From Terriglobia bacterium (lineage in GTDB: Bacteria; Acidobacteriota; Terriglobia; Acidiferrales; UBA7541): DNA of 43,238 nt. Positions within the stretch are counted from its first letter, which is position 1, and each line of letters opens with the position of its first letter. Under the pieces are notes generated by a model, which was not told where the DNA came from, made no database searches, and was given only the letters and a program-made list of their open reading frames with translations. Made by a program: the position numbers and the translations under genes. Shown here piece after piece: positions 1 to 7,570 of the stretch. The stretch is taken from NCBI GenBank assembly GCA_041476305.1, contig JBGOTC010000001.1, positions 1 through 43,238 of the forward strand, read 5' to 3'.

Positions 1-243
1 GACAAGACAAAACAGAATACGCCGGCTACGCAGGAGAATGACAAGAAGCCGCGCTACCACTTCGTGATTCTCGATTATCTCTGCGAAGCCGGGGAGGGTG
101 AGCCGCGCGCGGGGAGTGACGTCACGGACCTTGCATTCGTGGCCGAGAAGGATCTCCCGCGCTTCCATCTGACGCCGACGGCAACACGGGTGATTCAGAA
201 GGCCTTTGAAATGGCCCGTGCGCGCGAAACAAATGCTCCCTAA
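1..243 (+). CDS. NUDIX-family hydrolase, C-terminal fragment (5' end outside window)
   Basis: Frame 1 is open from the window edge to TAA at 241-243. The tail ...KKPRYHFVILDYLCEAGEGEPRAGSDVTDLAFVAEKDLPRFHLTPTATRVIQKAF resembles C-termini of bacterial Nudix hydrolases as I remember them. The Nudix box itself would lie outside the window, so the family call is tentative. Confidence 0.4.
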   Translation, partial: DKTKQNTPATQENDKKPRYHFVILDYLCEAGEGEPRAGSDVTDLAFVAEKDLPRFHLTPTATRVIQKAFEMARARETNAP

Positions 244-2015
244 TGTTTGACGGGTGATACGCCGCTGAGCAGGATCTCGATTGGGCCATTATTGTTCGAG
301 AGTTGCAGCGGGCAGCCACCGCTGTTGATCTTCCCGTTCAGCGAATCGCCGCCCAGGATACCCGTCGCGGTGACCGGCAACTCACTCCTCACCTTGGCGG
401 AGGAAGTGTGCGCCATGAGGTCATAGCTGGCATTTTCGGGTAGATGAACTCGGATTGGCCCGAAGGATGTACGCACACTGATGTGGTTGCATGCGCCGGC
501 GGCGCCTCGCGGCGGCACGCCAGAGACTTCCACCGTGCCGTTCTGGTTTTCCACGTCCACGTTGCCCTGAATTTCCGAGAGGGATACGGCGCCAAAGGAT
601 GTCCGCACGCCGGCAGCGCCGCGCACGGAGTTGGCTCTGACGCTGCTGTTCGAGTTCTCCACGGTAAGCGAACCGGCAATGCGGTCAACGGTCACCAGGC
701 CAAAACTAGTCTTGATGTAGGTGGCTCCCCGCGCGTCAGCCACCAGGACACGTCCGTTCCCAGTAATAATCTGGACTCCGCCACGGATATTTGTCGCTTC
801 CACGGAAGAGAAATTGCCGCGGACCTCCAAACCACCTTCAATTTGAGAAAGGCGAACACCGCCGTTGCTGGTGCTGACCGTGGCATCCCAATAAATGTGA
901 TCGGCATTGACGGCGCCGAAGGAGGTCCGCAATTGCGCGTTGCCGTGAACTTCACTGACCGTGACGTTCGCGTTGTTGTTCTGAACCTCAAGAGGCCCGC
1001 GGATATCGTGAACGTCGACGTGCCCGAAACTGGTATGCAGAGTGGCGCCGCCGCCCGTTCCGCTTCCCGAGATGTGGCCGTTCTGCGAGCGGCAAATGAG
1101 CCTCTGCTTGATGTTCAGAAATGTGATGGACGCAAATGAGGTGGAGAGCTCGGCCGAGCCGTTGACGTCACGTACATCGAGCGTCCCGTTTGTGTTGCGC
1201 ACCACCAAATCGCCACCAACGTCCGCAACTTTGACCCACCCGAACGAATTCGTGATCGTGGTGGCGCCTCCGGCATGGGTCAGGTCCACGCTTCCGTTGC
1301 CGTTGGTGATGGTCACTGCGCGGGTGACGTTTGCGACCGTGACGCTGCCAAAGCGGTCGTGAACGGTGAGAGAGCCACGGATCTGGGACGCACTGACAGA
1401 GCCGTTGCTGGTGCCGATGTCGGCATCACCGTCGTTCCCGATGAGCTCGATCGCGCCGAAAGAGTCCCTCAGGAGTTGCAGTCCACGGCCATCATGCACC
1501 GTCACCGAGCCTTGCTTGTTGTCTATATCCGTCGGAGCCTTTAGACCGTAAACGCGCACGCTCCCGAAGCTGTTGCGCACGGTGAGGGGCGCATCTTCGG
1601 GCATCTCGATCTTATATTCCACTGAGTAGGAGACATTCCGATGGCCCCAGAAGTTGTTTTGCTGTTCGGGGTAATCGGTACGGACCAGCAACCCCGTTGC
1701 TGATGGTTCAATGTGAATCTGGATCAGGTTGGCAAAATTCTCCGCTTCCTGCTGTGAATCGGCGGAAACTCGAATTGTAGCGACGATGTGGACATCGCGG
1801 GATGAGTGCGTCCCAACAGTGATACCGCCAAACTTATGCTCCATACGGAGGGACTGACCGGAGGGGAGCGGCACAGTACGGTCAAAATTGTGCGTCACCT
1901 GTTCATCGGAGCGTTTGTCCGGTGCAGGTGTGGGCGCCGGAGCCGCAAACGCGGCGCGCCCGGAACCGGCCAGGATGATTGCCGCGGAGCACGCGGCCAG
2001 TCTTAAGAGTTTCAT
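240..2015 (-). CDS. DUF4097-type (LiaG/YvlB-like) secreted beta-helix repeat protein
   Basis: ORF 240..2135. I place the start at ATG 2015..2013 (MKLLRLAACSAAIILAGSGRAAFA, signal peptide), 1 nt after the anti-sigma stop (2017-2019). The body is a long run of SFGxVxV / NGxVxV strands. Confidence 0.8.
   Translation of the reverse strand: MKLLRLAACSAAIILAGSGRAAFAAPAPTPAPDKRSDEQVTHNFDRTVPLPSGQSLRMEHKFGGITVGTHSSRDVHIVATIRVSADSQQEAENFANLIQIHIEPSATGLLVRTDYPEQQNNFWGHRNVSYSVEYKIEMPEDAPLTVRNSFGSVRVYGLKAPTDIDNKQGSVTVHDGRGLQLLRDSFGAIELIGNDGDADIGTSNGSVSASQIRGSLTVHDRFGSVTVANVTRAVTITNGNGSVDLTHAGGATTITNSFGWVKVADVGGDLVVRNTNGTLDVRDVNGSAELSTSFASITFLNIKQRLICRSQNGHISGSGTGGGATLHTSFGHVDVHDIRGPLEVQNNNANVTVSEVHGNAQLRTSFGAVNADHIYWDATVSTSNGGVRLSQIEGGLEVRGNFSSVEATNIRGGVQIITGNGRVLVADARGATYIKTSFGLVTVDRIAGSLTVENSNSSVRANSVRGAAGVRTSFGAVSLSEIQGNVDVENQNGTVEVSGVPPRGAAGACNHISVRTSFGPIRVHLPENASYDLMAHTSSAKVRSELPVTATGILGGDSLNGKINSGGCPLQLSNNNGPIEILLSGVSPVKH
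456..1571 (-). repeat. Protein-level periodic repeat, 11 units of 36 aa (108 nt) inside the DUF4097 gene
   Basis: Hand count of the x-[SR/N]-F-[G/A/S] motif in the 631-aa ORF numbering gives residues 189, 225, 261, 297, 333, 369, 405, 441, 477 and 513, an exact 36-aa spacing. The next is at 557, after one 8-aa insertion. Confidence 0.85.
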
Positions 2016-2016
2016 G

Positions 2017-2679
2017 TCAATTCCCCCGAAGAACTTCCTCGAGCGTCCTCTGCTTTTCCTGATAGAAGGAGAGCAATTCGCTGCGCAAGTACGCGTTCGC
2101 TGAATTTCGCTCGAGATTGGCGCGGCATTCACCAATCGCCGCGTCCAACAATCCCAATTTTTCCCGGTAGTTCACAAGCAACGGCGTGGAAGCAGTGGCG
2201 AGCCGGGGCTCCGCCAACTTCGCGAGCTTATCAATGGATTGCACATATGCCAGCTCCGCCTGTTCGACCTGGCGGACCGTCTGCTCGGTGAGCAGGTGCT
2301 GGTTATCCGGCTGCGTCGCGCCGGGATGGAGCAACATCCACGCGCCCGAGGCGGAGACGAGGAGAAACGCGACGACAGCCATTCCCACTTGCCAGCGGAG
2401 AGCGGGCCCGGCGCGGAATCCTTCCAGCCAAACGCGCCATCCGCGCGGGTGGGCGGCTTCGGTTTCCAAGGCATGTTCAATGCGCGGCCACAAACCTGGA
2501 CTCGCCCACTCCTTGTGCATCACCTGGGCAGCGGCGGAAATCTCCCGCCAGATCTTCAGTTCCTCGCTGCACGCAGTACATCCGACGGCGTGGCGTTCGA
2601 GCGCTGCCTGGAGTTCCGGCGATTCCTCGCGGAGCGCCTGGTCCAGATCGCTGCATTTGAAACTGAGTTCGTTCTTCAT
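2017..2679 (-). CDS. Anti-sigma factor (zf-HC2 type, single TM)
   Basis: ORF 2017..2691. The likely start is ATG 2679..2677, preceded by GTGAGGAAG (SD) 5 nt upstream. It has an H-x3-C-x2-C motif (HAVGCTACSEEL) and a central TM (ALRWQVGMAVVAFLLVSASGAWMLL). It lies directly downstream of the ECF sigma gene. Confidence 0.75.
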   Translation of the reverse strand: MKNELSFKCSDLDQALREESPELQAALERHAVGCTACSEELKIWREISAAAQVMHKEWASPGLWPRIEHALETEAAHPRGWRVWLEGFRAGPALRWQVGMAVVAFLLVSASGAWMLLHPGATQPDNQHLLTEQTVRQVEQAELAYVQSIDKLAKLAEPRLATASTPLLVNYREKLGLLDAAIGECRANLERNSANAYLRSELLSFYQEKQRTLEEVLRGN

Positions 2680-2690
2680 GGACTTCCTCA

Positions 2691-3308
2691 CTAGGAATTC
2701 TGCTGCGCGCCCATGGCTCTTGGACCGCCCTGCGCACTGAGCATGTCGCGCAAGCGGCGCTTGGCCTGGTAAAGGGCGTTCTTCGACGCCATTTCCGAAA
2801 TGCCCAGGATGCCGCCGATTTCGGAATGTTTGAACCCTTCCACTTCATAGAGCAAAAAGACGGAACGCAGGTGCGGCGTCAACTGCTTGACGCATTTTTC
2901 GAGAGCCATCCGCAAGGGGTGGTCCCGCACCGGTCCGGAAACTTCAAAGATCTGATCTTCCGCGACCAGATCCTGTTCAGGAGTTTCCTGTCGCCGCATG
3001 CGGCTGCGCCGCAGGTCGTAACAGGAATTCACGAGGATGCGGTAAACCCAGGTGGAAAACGCCGACTGGCCCCTGAAGTAGTGAATCCCGCGATGGATCT
3101 TCATGAATGTTTCCTGCACCGCGTCTTCCGCGTCATGCGCATTGCCCAGCAGGTTCATCGCGATGCTCTTCATCCTGGCGCTCTGCGTTTCGTAAAGCTG
3201 CTCAAAGGCGCCGACGCTCCCGGACCGGCAAGCCGCAGCGAGACGAGAATCTTCCGCGCGCGCATGGACGCGCGCCTGTTCAGCGGCCGAATCATCGGGC
3301 CTGGACAA
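2691..3308 (-). CDS. RNA polymerase sigma-70 family, ECF subfamily
   Basis: Region-2-like FEQLYETQSARMKSIAMNLLGNAHDAEDAVQETFMKIHR and region-4-like LRSVFLLYEVEGFKHSEIGGILGISEMASKNALYQAKRRLR. The ORF extends to TTG 3359, but TTG 3308..3306 has AGGAG 6 nt upstream. The start is therefore 3308 or 3359. Confidence 0.85.
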   Translation of the reverse strand: MSRPDDSAAEQARVHARAEDSRLAAACRSGSVGAFEQLYETQSARMKSIAMNLLGNAHDAEDAVQETFMKIHRGIHYFRGQSAFSTWVYRILVNSCYDLRRSRMRRQETPEQDLVAEDQIFEVSGPVRDHPLRMALEKCVKQLTPHLRSVFLLYEVEGFKHSEIGGILGISEMASKNALYQAKRRLRDMLSAQGGPRAMGAQQNS

Positions 3309-3479
3309 GCAAAACTCCTGGGCAGCTTGTTGCCACCCTAGTGTACCTTCCAGGAGCAACTCCTTACCCTCGCTTGCTTCGTTCTCACACCAAGTTAGAC
3401 GACCACGGAGGGTGAAGTGTCAGGGGCTGCGAATTGCTGCTGTGCTTGGGTACTGGCTCGGGACAAATTGAAGCGGGAT

Positions 3480-4076
3480 TTATTCGAGGCGGACGACGGG
3501 CAGCTTGTGAAACCAATTATTTTCGGTGATGACAAAACAGCCCGGAAAACATCCAAGCAGGCCGCTGTTGTGGTCCACGACGAGCCCCACGTCGCGTGCA
3601 TCCCAGGGCAATTCAAAAATGCGGACGGCGTCGACGGATTCTCCCGGCCCAATGAGGACGTTCAGGGGAGTTTCATATTCTTTGGGGACTGGATCGAATC
3701 GCCGGCCCTGCGCATCGGTGAGGTAAACGATCACCCCGTTTTCCTGCTGAGCAACGCGGCGCGCCCGACCGGATAGTTGAAGCGTGACGGAAAAGGAGAT
3801 GCCGGAGCTTGTGGGAGCGCGTTCGACACCCGCCACGGCGATGCACCACTCACCGTTGCACTGCGGGTCGCCGATATTCAAAATGCGTTGGCGCGTAGCC
3901 AGCGATTCCACACACACGATGCCCATATAGACCGCGAAACCGATGGCGACGCGCCAAAAAATACGCCGCGCGCGCTGGCCGTTTCCACTCACTGCTGCGA
4001 CTCCAGCAATCCCAAGCGCAACGGCAGCGGAAAGAAACAATACAATGAAAAGCAGATCGAAGATGTCCAAATCCAT
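3480..4076 (-). CDS. Membrane protein, unknown function (2 N-terminal TM plus extracytoplasmic beta-rich domain); paralog of 4085..4846
   Basis: Full ORF. It has hydrophobic N-terminal helices. The C-terminal domain aligns by eye with the neighbouring gene product (see finding). The pattern is possibly DUF4352-like, unverified. Confidence 0.6.
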   Translation of the reverse strand: MDLDIFDLLFIVLFLSAAVALGIAGVAAVSGNGQRARRIFWRVAIGFAVYMGIVCVESLATRQRILNIGDPQCNGEWCIAVAGVERAPTSSGISFSVTLQLSGRARRVAQQENGVIVYLTDAQGRRFDPVPKEYETPLNVLIGPGESVDAVRIFELPWDARDVGLVVDHNSGLLGCFPGCFVITENNWFHKLPVVRLE

Positions 4077-4084
4077 TCCTTTGC

Positions 4085-4846
4085 CTACCGAATTGAAATG
4101 GCCGGCAGAGCGAGAAAGACTTTCTTGTGCAACACACTTTCCTCGTCGCCGATAAGGATCGCTCCTATCCAGTGAGGGTTGCTGGGGCTCTGGATCAGGA
4201 GCCTGGGGTTTCGACAGTCGGCAGGCAGATCGAATACCAGCTTTGATATGAATGATTCCGCCGGGCGCAAGGGTTGAGTCATGGAGGCGCCGGAGAGACC
4301 CTGGGCTTTCAGAGCATTTTGCGCGGTCTCCGAAATTGCGTAACTCCGGCCTGCGTCATCCACGATCGTGATTTCGCGCTCATTGGGAACGAGGGGTGAG
4401 TCGCCGCGATGCCGCGACGTCGTCAAAATATCGAACCGCGTGCGCACCGAAATAATCAGGAAGTTTCCCCGCGCCTTCACCGCGGATGGTCCGGCGCCGA
4501 CCATGCTTGCCACCTCAACCGAGGCTACGGAATATGCGAGGTGGCAATCCACTTCGCAAAAGTATTTTTCCGCGCCGGGGGCGAGGGTCCATTCCTGGCT
4601 GGCGATTGACGCCCCCAAAAGCGTGGTGGAGTAGAGAACGGCAACGGCCAGGGCAACGATGGTGATCTTGCGCGCGAGTCCCCAGCCTCCAAACAACCAT
4701 TTGGCGCCGATGGTGAAGCAGCGCGCCAGACGTTCTTCGCCGATGAGTTTTGTTCCAATCAAAGCGACGGTTGCAGCGCCCAGCACGGCAAAAGTTCCCA
4801 GAAACGCCAGGACGCCAAAGACTACGCTGATTTGTTTCGATTCCAT
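4085..4846 (-). CDS. Membrane protein, unknown function (2-3 TM plus extracytoplasmic domain); paralog of 3480..4076
   Basis: Full ORF lying 29 nt downstream of uppS and 8 nt upstream of the next gene. It shares motifs with the 198-aa neighbour. Confidence 0.6.
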   Translation of the reverse strand: MESKQISVVFGVLAFLGTFAVLGAATVALIGTKLIGEERLARCFTIGAKWLFGGWGLARKITIVALAVAVLYSTTLLGASIASQEWTLAPGAEKYFCEVDCHLAYSVASVEVASMVGAGPSAVKARGNFLIISVRTRFDILTTSRHRGDSPLVPNEREITIVDDAGRSYAISETAQNALKAQGLSGASMTQPLRPAESFISKLVFDLPADCRNPRLLIQSPSNPHWIGAILIGDEESVLHKKVFLALPAISIR

Positions 4847-4875
4847 TTTTCCTCCGTTGGTCAGTCAATTCGCCG

Positions 4876-5589
4876 CTAGCTGGCGATGGATTCGGGCACG
4901 CGTCCAAAAGTCCTCATGCGGCCGTGAAAATTGGCCATCGCGACCGTCAAATCCTGGCGAGTGAATTCCGGCCACATTTTCGGCGTGAAATAGAGCTCGG
5001 CATACGCCGATTCCCATAACAGGTAGTCGCTCAGGCGTTGTTCACCGCCGGTTCGGATCACGAAGTCCACGATGCGGGCATCGTCATGCGTCACTTCGCC
5101 GAGCACGGACTCAAACGATTCGCGTGAAACGTCCGTGACCTTGTAAAAGCGGCACGCCGCGCGGTAAAGCATTTCGCGGGAGGAATAGTCCACGGCAATA
5201 CGCAAATGGAATGCGCTCTCGTTGGCGGTGGCCAGCTCGGCGGAATCAATGGCTTCGCGCAACGCCGGCGAAATGCGGTCGCGCCTGCCGATGATGGAGA
5301 CACGAATGCCCTGTGCGGCAAGCCGATCCGCTTCGCTGATGAGGTAATCGTGAAGCAGCCGCATCAGCGAGGCAACCTCCGCTGGCGGGCGCTGCCAGTT
5401 ATTGGCTGAGAAGGCGTAGAGAGTGAGAGTGCCGATACCGAGTCCGGGAGCGACGCGCAGAATGCGGCGAAGGTTCTCCGCACCGGCGCGATGTCCCGCG
5501 GAACGCGGCAGGCCGCGGGAAGTGGCCCAGCGTCCATTGCCGTCGGTGATAATCGCAACGTGAAGTAAGGATGAGGAATTTGAATTCAT
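4876..5589 (-). CDS. uppS: Undecaprenyl-diphosphate synthase (di-trans,poly-cis-decaprenylcistransferase)
   Basis: HVAIITDGNGRWA, LTLYAFSANNWQRP and RTGGEQRLSDYLLWESAYAELYF are hallmark cis-prenyltransferase motifs. Confidence 0.92.
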   Translation of the reverse strand: MNSNSSSLLHVAIITDGNGRWATSRGLPRSAGHRAGAENLRRILRVAPGLGIGTLTLYAFSANNWQRPPAEVASLMRLLHDYLISEADRLAAQGIRVSIIGRRDRISPALREAIDSAELATANESAFHLRIAVDYSSREMLYRAACRFYKVTDVSRESFESVLGEVTHDDARIVDFVIRTGGEQRLSDYLLWESAYAELYFTPKMWPEFTRQDLTVAMANFHGRMRTFGRVPESIAS

Positions 5590-5625
5590 GGCACAGCTTT
5601 CTCCGCCGATTGAATCAGTGCAAAT

Positions 5626-5644
5626 TACTTTGTACTACAAAGTA
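5626..5644. promoter_or_regulatory. Perfect 19-nt palindrome TACTTTGTA-C-TACAAAGTA (candidate operator) upstream of uppS
   Basis: Read directly from the sequence. It lies in the 77-nt gap between the regulator stop (5667) and the uppS start (5589). It has the same 7-3-7 core as 6762-6778. Confidence 0.6.
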
Positions 5645-5666
5645 CAACCCGAAAAAAATTTTCCTG

Positions 5667-6077
5667 CTACCGGACCCGCGTCGCCTTGATTAACGCTTCC
5701 ATGTGGTTGAGGTACCGCTCCAACGCCCGCCGCCCCGCGGCGGTCAGGCGAAACTCCGTCTTGGGCAAGCGTCCATCGAAGGATTTCGTGCAAGCGACAT
5801 AGGCCGCCTCCTCGAGCTTGCGCGCATGAACGCTTAGATTCCCGTCGGTGGTTTTCAAGAGCGCCTTCAATTCGTTGAAGGTCAGTGAATCGTTCACCGC
5901 GAGCGCGCTCACGATGCCCAGCCGCATGCGCTCGTGGATGAGGCGGTCAAACCCCGAAGCGACGGCGTCTGCCGCGCCATGCACGGTTCCCAAGCGCGGC
6001 GAAGCCGCACGTCCCTTTGCTCCCCGTTCCTGCCGCAATGCGTTTGATTTCGCCACTCTGACTTCTCTCCTGCCCAT
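5667..6077 (-). CDS. Winged-helix (ArsR/MarR-like) transcriptional regulator
   Basis: FDRLIHERMRLGIVSALAVNDSLTFNELKALLKTTDGNLSVHARKLEEAAYV is a typical wHTH core. The basic N-terminal ~40 aa may be over-extended. Confidence 0.75.
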   Translation of the reverse strand: MGRREVRVAKSNALRQERGAKGRAASPRLGTVHGAADAVASGFDRLIHERMRLGIVSALAVNDSLTFNELKALLKTTDGNLSVHARKLEEAAYVACTKSFDGRLPKTEFRLTAAGRRALERYLNHMEALIKATRVR

Positions 6078-6107
6078 ATTTAAAAAACTATTTGTCGCGC
6101 CGCGGAA

Positions 6108-6722
6108 TCATCCGCCATGACGCCGGGCAATCAAAAATCCAAATGCAATTTGCAATCCACCGAACCCAGTGGCCATCAGCACATCTCCCCAGGAGTTTGG
6201 GCCCAGGAGGGCCACTGTGCCGAGCGCCATGAAGCCGAGCCCCATCAGTGGAACCGCGCGCACTGAGAATGCCCCTCCGGTGACGACGGCGGTGCCGTAA
6301 AGCAGGAGCCACGTTCCCGGCAAGGCGCTGAAAAGCCCCGCGCGATAGAGAATATAAGTCAGGAGCGCGCCGACCATGAGCGGCGGAGCAAAACTCAACG
6401 CAAAGCGCCGGCCGGCAGTGGAAAAAACCTGAGTATTCACGGCGCGCGCTTTTCGAAGCGTGGCGACGCCGGCAATGATCACGGCGACGGCGAGCTCACA
6501 AAGCCAGACGACAAGCCAGCGCTCCGGTGTGGGCTGCCGCCAGGCAACATATGCCGCCGCAAAAGCGGTGACGCCCATGCCGACGCCGCCCCAGCCGGGC
6601 ACGGCCGTAAACCGGCCGGCATTCTCCATGGTCTCCCGGATAAAGCGCAGGTTATCAGCGGCACGGACTTCGAGGCGAAGCGGTTCAGGGGCCGGGCGGT
6701 CAAGAGAGCGAGCCGTGCGCAT
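6108..6722 (-). CDS. Integral membrane protein (about 6 TM), unknown function, co-transcribed with the wHTH regulator
   Basis: The ORF runs to GTG 6740, but that codon falls inside the predicted promoter spacer, so ATG 6722..6720 is preferred. It has six hydrophobic segments. The stop is 30 nt before the regulator start. Confidence 0.6.
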   Translation of the reverse strand: MRTARSLDRPAPEPLRLEVRAADNLRFIRETMENAGRFTAVPGWGGVGMGVTAFAAAYVAWRQPTPERWLVVWLCELAVAVIIAGVATLRKARAVNTQVFSTAGRRFALSFAPPLMVGALLTYILYRAGLFSALPGTWLLLYGTAVVTGGAFSVRAVPLMGLGFMALGTVALLGPNSWGDVLMATGFGGLQIAFGFLIARRHGG

Positions 6723-6731
6723 AGGAACCTC

Positions 6732-6759
6732 AGGATACACGCTGGCGCAATTATGTCAA
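6732..6759 (-). promoter_or_regulatory. Candidate sigma-70 promoter TTGACA-16-TATCCT for the membrane-protein/regulator operon
   Basis: On the minus strand TTGACA is at 6759..6754, followed by a 16-nt spacer and TATCCT at 6737..6732, then 9 nt to ATG 6722. Confidence 0.45.
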
Positions 6760-6761
6760 GT

Positions 6762-6778
6762 ACTTTGTAACACAAAGT
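6762..6778. promoter_or_regulatory. Palindrome ACTTTGT-AAC-ACAAAGT (candidate operator), 2 nt upstream of the -35 box
   Basis: Read directly from the sequence. The half-sites and spacing are identical to 5627-5643. Confidence 0.6.
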
Positions 6779-6784
6779 TTCTGA

Positions 6785-7543
6785 CTAGCGGCGCGGATAT
6801 CGCCCGGTCCACGAGTTCCACCGAATCCACAGCAGCTCCAGATTCATCTTCATTCCGTCGCGAAAGGTGCTCACCCGCGTGCCCACATCGTGAGCCCAGC
6901 GGACGGGTACTTCGGCAACAGTCAGGCCGTGTCTGCGCGCGAGAAACAATAATTCAGGGTCAAACCCAAAGCGCTCGATGCGTTGTTGCTCGAAGAGAAT
7001 GCGCGACCGCTCGCGTACAAACGCCTTGAAGCCGCACTGTGTATCGGCAAACGGCAGCCACAGGATCAAGCGCGCCGCCTTATTAAACAGGATTCCCAGG
7101 AATTCCCGCACGGGCGACTCGTGGACTTCAATGAGGTCGCGGTCAACGGCGCGCGAGCCGATCGCCACGTCATGCGTTTTCAAGGCGGCGAGCAATTTGT
7201 CCGCTTCCTCAATGGGCGCGGAGAGGTCAGCGTCCGTGAACAGCACAAGGCGTCCGCGCGATTCCAACATGCCACTCCGCACGCTGTACCCCTTGCCGCG
7301 GTTGCCGGGATTTCTGACAACTTTCAGCGCAGGCCACGCCGCGCCAGCCGCCTCGCCGATTTTCACGGTCCCATCCGATGAACCATCGTCCACAACAATG
7401 ACTTCGGCGGAAATGGCGCGCGATTCCAGATATTCGCGGATGCACTGGAGCGTCCGGGGGAGGCGGCGCTCTTCATTCAAGCAGGGGATGATGACGGAGA
7501 GTTCTATCCGGGGTTCCGTCATCGTCTGAATCCGTCCGTTCAT
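6785..7543 (-). CDS. Family-2 glycosyltransferase (polyprenyl-phosphate sugar transferase-like)
   Basis: LSVIIPCLNEERRLPRTL, VIVVDDGSSDGT and LFTDADLS are the GT2/DPM1-like signature. Confidence 0.8.
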   Translation of the reverse strand: MNGRIQTMTEPRIELSVIIPCLNEERRLPRTLQCIREYLESRAISAEVIVVDDGSSDGTVKIGEAAGAAWPALKVVRNPGNRGKGYSVRSGMLESRGRLVLFTDADLSAPIEEADKLLAALKTHDVAIGSRAVDRDLIEVHESPVREFLGILFNKAARLILWLPFADTQCGFKAFVRERSRILFEQQRIERFGFDPELLFLARRHGLTVAEVPVRWAHDVGTRVSTFRDGMKMNLELLWIRWNSWTGRYPRR

Positions 7544-7570
7544 GGAGTTTACTTGTGAAGGCGGCCCGCT

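Noticed and set aside
240-243. A convergent 3-4 nt overlap of the NUDIX-fragment stop (TAA 241-243) and the DUF4097 stop (TAG 242..240).
   Set aside because: This is trivial tail-to-tail packing, and there is no terminator structure to interpret.
3396-3422. A possible ECF-type autoregulated promoter upstream of the sigma gene (minus strand TGACAC-15-CGTCTA).
   Set aside because: The -35 box deviates from GGAAC/TGAAAC-type consensus and the spacer is 1-2 nt short. This is too weak to call without TSS data.
6723-6740. GTG 6740 as the start of the 6-TM protein gene.
   Set aside because: It falls inside the spacer of the TTGACA-16-TATCCT promoter candidate. ATG 6722 is downstream of that promoter. 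This is not fully excluded.
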